Shown: in pieces, positions 58,551 to 64,000 of the stretch
Layout of the letters: each line of letters starts with the position of its first letter
Position numbering within the stretch: the stretch's first letter is position 1
Assembly: GCF_022763305.1 (NCBI RefSeq)
Contig: NZ_JALEGT010000093.1
Location: 461-64,460, forward strand
From: Marivita sp.
GTDB lineage: Bacteria > Pseudomonadota > Alphaproteobacteria > Rhodobacterales > Rhodobacteraceae
DNA length: 64,000 bases
Direction: 5' to 3'
Notes under the pieces: generated by a model
What the model saw: the letters and a program-made list of their open reading frames with translations, nothing else
The model's database searches: none
Told to the model about the DNA's origin: nothing
Position numbers and translations under genes: made by a program

Positions 58551-59456
58551 TCACGGCCGCTCCACAATGAAGTCGGGCACGATCCCGGCAGCCCTGACGG
58601 CCTCTTCGGCATCGTGACCCGCAAAAAATCCGTATTGCGCGATCAATGCAGAGGCGATGCCCACACTGCGCGCGTCAAGGATATCGGTGTGCAGACTGTC
58701 TCCCACCATCAGGACCCGAGACTGGTCCACGTCCCCCAAACGTTTGAACGCGAGTTCGAAAATTCCCGGGAAGGGTTTGCCGTAGAACTCGGGTACGATC
58801 CCGGTGCGGTCGGCCAGTCTATGTGCGAAATGGCCCGGTTCGATGGAAAAACTGGTTTCCCGTGGCGCGACGATATCCGGATTGCCGACCAGGACAGGGC
58901 GCGGCCGCCGTTCAAGTGCCGCTTCCAGCAGGGCCTGACGGGGTTCGGTCCAGGACATGCTGCCGACAAGCAGAAATCCGTCCACCCGGTCATAGGCCTC
59001 GGGGTCTTCCTCGAGATAGCTCAGCGTCAGATCTTCGAAATCCTGCAAGCCGGTGCTGCGCGTTGCCATGAGACCCCAATGCAGGTCCTCACGGCTCTTC
59101 AGACCGTCCAGCAGCGCCACGCGGCTGGTGATGACGTCCTCGGGCGCAAAATCAAAGCCAAGCCTTGTGTATTTCTCGGTCAGCGCGGCATGCGGAAACC
59201 CGGCTGCATTCGACACGACCAACACGCGTTTTCCGGCTGCCCGAAGATCGTCGATCCGCTCACGCGTCCCCGGAATGGCGGTCTCACCGATATTCAGCAC
59301 GCCGAACGCGTCCAGCAGGAAGACATCGAACCCGTCGGCGATGTCGGCGAGGGTTTCTGCCCGCCTGTGGCGCGCGCCGCTTGCAGCCACCGTCGGCAGA
59401 CGATGCCGGACCGCCTCGTAGGCCTCGAAAGCCTCTTTCGTGGAAATCGTCTTCAC
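58551..59456 (-). CDS. HAD superfamily subfamily IIA phosphatase
   Basis: FLLDAFGVLN, VVSNAA, GNPD, YGKP, MVGDSLHTDI. GTG 59456 preferred as start; ATG 59573 possible. Confidence 0.85.
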   Translation of the reverse strand: MKTISTKEAFEAYEAVRHRLPTVAASGARHRRAETLADIADGFDVFLLDAFGVLNIGETAIPGTRERIDDLRAAGKRVLVVSNAAGFPHAALTEKYTRLGFDFAPEDVITSRVALLDGLKSREDLHWGLMATRSTGLQDFEDLTLSYLEEDPEAYDRVDGFLLVGSMSWTEPRQALLEAALERRPRPVLVGNPDIVAPRETSFSIEPGHFAHRLADRTGIVPEFYGKPFPGIFELAFKRLGDVDQSRVLMVGDSLHTDILDARSVGIASALIAQYGFFAGHDAEEAVRAAGIVPDFIVERP

Positions 59457-59596
59457 TGGCTCGCCTTCGGGACGTCCACCTTGGGACACCGGCGTCGACG
59501 CTTGGGATGTCGCGTGTGCCAAGGTTCGCTCCTCACGTATCTTGTTCCGGATAACGCTTTGAAAACGCGTCATGAGCGAGCCGGTATCGCACCTGT

Positions 59597-59614
59597 GTGA
59601 CAGTTGCGTGACGG
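59597..59614 (-). promoter_or_regulatory. Putative Pho box
   Basis: Minus strand CCGTCAC-GCAA-CTGTCAC: 11-bp periodic match to CTGTCAT-N4-CTGTCAT, upstream of HAD-ugpBAEC. Confidence 0.65.
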
Positions 59615-59838
59615 ACGCGGCCTTGCAGACAGGGGCACCGGCCAGAGCAGGACCTGCCATCAAGCGCGCAGAGGGCCACAGCACAGATCCGAAACGCCGA
59701 AGGGCGGACCCGGCGGCGCGAACGTGGTGCGCCGGCGTCCCTGTCGAGCGCCCGAAATGTGACGCCACCTCTCGTGGTGTCATGAGTCCGTCCTCCCGTT
59801 GAGCGGCGTTTCTCGCCGCTTCTTGCTTGGTCTTTACG

Positions 59839-60654
59839 TCACGCTTTCGGCGCGACGATCACCTCCACACTTGCTCCGTCCAGCGCGGTCAGAAGCTCGC
59901 CCTTCGGTCTTGCATCCACCACGATCGAGTTGAGATCGGCCATGTCCCCAACTTGTGCCAAGCCTTTGCGCCCGAACTTGTGCGAGTCGATGAGCAGATG
60001 CCGTTTGGCCGCGCGCGACAACATCATCCGCTTGACCGCCGCAAATCCCCGAACGGTTTCCGATGGGCCTTCGGCGGACAGGCCCGAGGCACCGATCATG
60101 CAGCGGTCAACGTTGAACCGCGCCAGAAACTCGAGCGTTTCGGTTCCGATCAACGCCGATTCCGCCGCCAGATATTCGCCCGGGCACAGCAGAACCTGCG
60201 GAGTCCCGTGTCCAATGGTCATGGCCACCGGGATAGAATTCGTGATCACCGTGCACTGCGTGCCGCGGAACGCCAGCGCCCGGGCCAACTGAATCGTCGT
60301 CGAACCGGAGTCGATCATGACGGTTTCCCCGTCCTGCACCAGTTCGGCTGCTCTCAGCCCGATGCGTTCGCGCTCCTCGATCCAGGCGTTTGCCCGCTCG
60401 TCGAGACCGGGATAATGCCCCTGCGCCGGAGCTGAGGCCCCGCCATGGGCGCGCGCGATAAGCCCGTCATCCGACAGCGCGTCGAAATCGCGCCGCACGG
60501 TTTCCGTGGACACGTTGAACCGGCGCGCAAGCTCGCTGATCCGCACATGCGGCCGCAGCTTCAACTCCAGCAAGATCTGGCGCCGTCGGTCCGATTTCTT
60601 GAGCCGATCCCGGCCCTTTTCCGAACTGGCGTCACGCATTTCAGTGTTCGACAT
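59839..60654 (-). CDS. DeoR/GlpR family regulator
   Basis: RRRQIL...ELARRFNVSTETVRRD...RAHGGA; IDSGSTT, ITNS, DSHKF. Confidence 0.92.
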   Translation of the reverse strand: MSNTEMRDASSEKGRDRLKKSDRRRQILLELKLRPHVRISELARRFNVSTETVRRDFDALSDDGLIARAHGGASAPAQGHYPGLDERANAWIEERERIGLRAAELVQDGETVMIDSGSTTIQLARALAFRGTQCTVITNSIPVAMTIGHGTPQVLLCPGEYLAAESALIGTETLEFLARFNVDRCMIGASGLSAEGPSETVRGFAAVKRMMLSRAAKRHLLIDSHKFGRKGLAQVGDMADLNSIVVDARPKGELLTALDGASVEVIVAPKA

Positions 60655-60823
60655 CCATTGCCCCGACTCGAATTCACGCTCAGTTTTGTGGCATTTCCGG
60701 CATTTTGCAATTATATTTGTTGCATAAACCTCGACTTGGTGTTCAGAATTTTACAAACACCACTGAATTTATAGGCGTTAAGATCACCATGCTTTTGCGC
60801 ATCGCTGTCTGGGACAGTCTCAC

Positions 60824-62485
60824 ATGATCAGTCTTGCCGCACATCTCGCGGCAGCTGTCGCGCTGTTGCTTTGGTCGACCCGTCTGATCCGGACCGGCGT
60901 GGAACGCGCCTTCATGCCAGAGCTGAAATCCGGACTGAGAACGCTGTCGGGCAACCGGCTGTCCGCAGCAGCCGGCGGCGGTATTGCTGCCATGCTGATG
61001 CAAAGCGCGACCGCCGTGGCCCTGATCAGCGCCGGCTTCGCCGCATCGGGAATGCTCGCCCCGCACACAGCGCTCGCCCTGCTGTTCGGCGCCGAGCTGG
61101 GCTCGGCGCTGATGACGCGCGTCCTGATCCTGCCGGTCGAAACCGTGCTGCCCTTTGCGCTGCTGATCGGTGTCACCGCATTCTTCAAGGCGCAGACGCG
61201 CAAGACCAAGCAGATCGGGCGGATCATCATCGGGCTTGCGCTGGTCTTCATTTCGCTCGGGATGATCCGCGAGGCGACTGCGCCCATCGGAGACAACGCC
61301 ATCATCCAGAGCATTGCCGCCTATTTCCGGGAGGATCTTCTCAGTGCCTATCTGCTGGGTGCCGCTCTGACATGGGCCATGCACTCCAGCCTCGCAGCCG
61401 TCCTGACATTTGCCACCTTTGCAGCCACCGGCCTGATCGCAGCGCCGGTTGCGGCGGCGCTTGTCATCGGGGCCAATCTGGGCGGCGCGGCCATTCCCTT
61501 TGCGCTGCTCTGGTCGGCGGAACGGCCCGCCCGGCTGATTGCACTCGGAAACCTTGTGGCCCGTGGGGCCATGACCCTGATCTTTCTCGGCGTCCTGCTC
61601 AGCGGGACATTTGACCTGACGCTGCTCGGAGCCAGTTCTGGCCAACAGGCGGTCGCTTTGCACATCCTGCTCAACGCGACCCTGCTCCTGCTGTGCCTGC
61701 CGCTCGTCGGTCCGATCATCCGTTTGGCCCAGGCCACCCTGCCCCGCCATGCGGCCTCCGACTCCACCTCGCTCAGTGCGCTCGATCCCGATGCGCTCGA
61801 TCACCCGCCGCTGGCGCTTGCCTGTGCGCAGCGGGAATTGCTGCGCATGTCGGAAACCGTACAGGCCATCCTGATCCCGGTGATGCAGCTGTTCCGCGGC
61901 TGGGATCCGGAACAGGCCCGCGTCATCGAACGACGCGAGGACGAGGTCGACCGGATGCATTTCGAAACGAAGATCTATGTCTCTCGCCTGCGGGAAACGC
62001 GGCTGCAGCCGGCGCAGGAGAAAAAGACGCTCGAAATCGTGGCGATGGCCAACAGCCTTGAAGAGGCTGCCGACCGCATCGCGGTCAACCTTGTCGCGCT
62101 GGCGCGGAAGATGTCCGACGAAGCCATTACCTTTTCCGACGAAGGCCTGGCTGACATCGCGGATTTTCACGACCAGATCGTCACCAACGGGCAACTTGCG
62201 CTCAGTGTTCTGACAACCGGCGATGCCGAAGCCGCGCGGCAACTGGTTGCCGAGAAAGACCGCATCCGCATCGAGGAACAGAAATTGCAGGAACGTCACC
62301 TCAAGCGCCTGCAACGCGGGGCCATTGCAAGCATCGAAACCACGAACATCCACCAGGAAACGCTGCGCGTGCTGAAACAGATCAATGCCGCCCTGACCTA
62401 TGTCGCCTATCCCATCGCCGAGGAAACCGGCGATCTGCTGGAGAGTCGACTGGCCCGCAAGCGCAGCATCGGAGGATCTGCATGA
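60824..62485 (+). CDS. Na+/Pi cotransporter family protein with PhoU domains (YjbB/NptA-like)
   Basis: MQSATA and MHSSLA repeats, GAELG / GANLG, C-terminal helical PhoU-like repeats (EDEVDRMH, LEEAADRI, SIETTNIH). Confidence 0.88.
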   Translation: MISLAAHLAAAVALLLWSTRLIRTGVERAFMPELKSGLRTLSGNRLSAAAGGGIAAMLMQSATAVALISAGFAASGMLAPHTALALLFGAELGSALMTRVLILPVETVLPFALLIGVTAFFKAQTRKTKQIGRIIIGLALVFISLGMIREATAPIGDNAIIQSIAAYFREDLLSAYLLGAALTWAMHSSLAAVLTFATFAATGLIAAPVAAALVIGANLGGAAIPFALLWSAERPARLIALGNLVARGAMTLIFLGVLLSGTFDLTLLGASSGQQAVALHILLNATLLLLCLPLVGPIIRLAQATLPRHAASDSTSLSALDPDALDHPPLALACAQRELLRMSETVQAILIPVMQLFRGWDPEQARVIERREDEVDRMHFETKIYVSRLRETRLQPAQEKKTLEIVAMANSLEEAADRIAVNLVALARKMSDEAITFSDEGLADIADFHDQIVTNGQLALSVLTTGDAEAARQLVAEKDRIRIEEQKLQERHLKRLQRGAIASIETTNIHQETLRVLKQINAALTYVAYPIAEETGDLLESRLARKRSIGGSA

Positions 62486-62973
62486 GCAAGGGCAAAGGAA
62501 AGAACAAGGCAAAGGATATTCCTCCCGTCGACCAGATCGCCGCGCTCCCGGTGCACTGGGACAAGACCGGCAAACTTCGGGTCCTCATGGTCACATCGCG
62601 CGACCGCGGACGGTGGGTCATGCCGAAGGGCTGGGAGATGGACGGCAAGAAGCCGTGGCACGCCGCCGAAATCGAGGCCTTGGAAGAGGCCGGGGCCGTT
62701 GGATTCATCTCTGACACACCGATCGGCCACTATCACTATGACAAGCGCCTCGAGAACGGGAAAAAGCTTCCGTGCCGGGTGACGCTCTACCCGATGCTCG
62801 TGGACACGCTCAAGAAGCGCTGGAAAGAACGCAAGGAGCGCAAGCGCCATTGGTTCTCGCCCAAGAAGGCGGCGAAACTGGTTGAGGAAAAGGAACTGGC
62901 CAGCCTGCTCAAGGCGCTCAACGAGCAAAACGACGTGCTTATGGCAATCCGGCAGATGCGCGACGCGGCCTGA
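62482..62973 (+). CDS. NUDIX hydrolase (DIPP/Ap6A-hydrolase-like)
   Basis: VLMVTSR..GRWVMPKGW...AAEIEALEEAG Nudix box; ATGA overlap with the transporter. Confidence 0.88.
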   Translation: MSKGKGKNKAKDIPPVDQIAALPVHWDKTGKLRVLMVTSRDRGRWVMPKGWEMDGKKPWHAAEIEALEEAGAVGFISDTPIGHYHYDKRLENGKKLPCRVTLYPMLVDTLKKRWKERKERKRHWFSPKKAAKLVEEKELASLLKALNEQNDVLMAIRQMRDAA

Positions 62974-62986
62974 CGGCTCCGGACAG

Positions 62987-63991
62987 TCAAACCATGTCCA
63001 ACAGCGCCTCGGCCACGCGCGTGCTTGTGGCCAGATGGGTCACAAAGCCCCCGATCATCGCAGCCCGCGCGGGACGCGCCCGCCCTGCCCCCGCCGCAAC
63101 CAGAAGCGCCATGTCCTTGCCGCGCATCTGCTCCAGCGACACTCCGATCATCCGGTCTTCGACCGCCGACAGAACCGGCCGCCCGTCCCCGTCGATCAGT
63201 CGACCGCAGATCACACCAACTGCCCCCTTGGCGCGCTGTGCGGCGATTTCATCCGGTGTCAGGATCCCGCTGCGCACCACATGGGCATCGGCATCGCAGG
63301 TGCCACAGGCCAGAACCGTCTTGTTGCAGGTGGCCAGCGCTGCAAGCTGGTCGCGCACCACCGGCTCATCGCACAGCGCGTCGCGGAGCGCCTTGTTCGA
63401 CAAAACCAAGGGCGCATGAAAGTTGATGCATTCGGCCCCCAGCCGTTGCGCCAGCATGGCCGTGCAGGCCTCGGCTGCAAATCCGAGCGCGGCGGGACGC
63501 GACCCCAGAAGCTGGATCACGGTCAGATCGGGAATCGGTGTCGTGGGCACCTGCTGCGCCATCTGGTACACCGTGGCCCCCCACGAGACGCCCAACCTGT
63601 CGCCCGGTTCCAAAAGGCGGGGCAGCCAGTCGGCGGCGGCGCGCGTCACCCGGGCCACGCTGGCGGCATCATCCTCCCGGTCAACCGGATCGTCCGGCAC
63701 CACCATCGCCTCGATCAGACCATAGGCGGCACACAGTTCTTCTGCCAGCCGGTGCCCCTTGAAGACATCGCTGTCCATATGAACGCGGACCCAGCCCCGG
63801 GCGCGCGCCTCGTTCAGATAGTTGACCACCGATGCCCGGCTGATCCGCATGCGCTCGGCGATCTCGTTCTGGTTCAGCCCGTCATGGTAATAGAGCCACG
63901 CCGCCTCGATATACGGCGCATCGTCACGCAGCGTCACGCGCGGCGTGTCCAGACCCGCACTGCGCGACTTGCCCAAGGCGGACATCGGCAT
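62987..63991 (-). CDS. SorC/DeoR/LsrR-type sugar-binding transcriptional regulator
   Basis: AAWLYYHDGLNQNEIA..MRISRASV, GVSWGATV, GAVGVICGRLID; start uncertain. Confidence 0.88.
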   Translation of the reverse strand: MPMSALGKSRSAGLDTPRVTLRDDAPYIEAAWLYYHDGLNQNEIAERMRISRASVVNYLNEARARGWVRVHMDSDVFKGHRLAEELCAAYGLIEAMVVPDDPVDREDDAASVARVTRAAADWLPRLLEPGDRLGVSWGATVYQMAQQVPTTPIPDLTVIQLLGSRPAALGFAAEACTAMLAQRLGAECINFHAPLVLSNKALRDALCDEPVVRDQLAALATCNKTVLACGTCDADAHVVRSGILTPDEIAAQRAKGAVGVICGRLIDGDGRPVLSAVEDRMIGVSLEQMRGKDMALLVAAGAGRARPARAAMIGGFVTHLATSTRVAEALLDMV

Positions 63992-64000
63992 CCCGGTCCT

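Noticed and set aside
60743..62512. 589-aa minus-strand ORF
   Set aside because: Antisense shadow of the Na/Pi cotransporter.
1..64000. Mobile elements, prophage, defence systems, tRNA/rRNA, CRISPR
   Set aside because: No transposase, integrase, phage, nuclease or cas motifs; no long terminal repeats; intergenic gaps are short and mostly explained.

Overview
A GC-rich alphaproteobacterial window, most likely Rhodobacteraceae/Roseobacteraceae (inferred from gene content and the Rhodobacter-type hup/hyp order). It is densely packed with accessory metabolic modules; I saw no mobile element, rRNA, tRNA or CRISPR array. In order: (1) the end of a [NiFe] uptake-hydrogenase maturation cluster, hupK-hypA-hypB-hupR-hypC-hypD-hypE; (2) an uncharacterised TetR / NitT-TauT ABC / amidohydrolase / SnoaL / PuuE-like operon; (3) a frameshifted peroxiredoxin; (4) a ~14 kb amine-catabolism locus with a Nocardioides-type histamine dehydrogenase, a PLP decarboxylase, Pseudomonas hinF/L/H/G/K-like imidazole-acetate genes, an AguB-like amidase, an acetylpolyamine deacetylase and a Pot-type ABC transporter, whose three promoter regions share the motif TTAGC-N4-GCCTAA; (5) an anthranilate-CoA (abm-type) cluster; (6) a homogentisate cluster with a flavin monooxygenase, a small partner protein and an MBL hydrolase; (7) a guanidine-I riboswitch operon with an ABC importer, guanidine hydrolase and two unknown His-containing proteins; (8) a FIST / hybrid kinase / response regulator module; (9) a Pho-boxed HAD-ugpBAEC operon, DeoR, Na/Pi cotransporter, NUDIX and a SorC-type regulator. 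The best candidate for an undescribed system is the hybrid histamine regulon (13.3-27.5 kb). All family calls are by-eye motif recognition; no database search was run.
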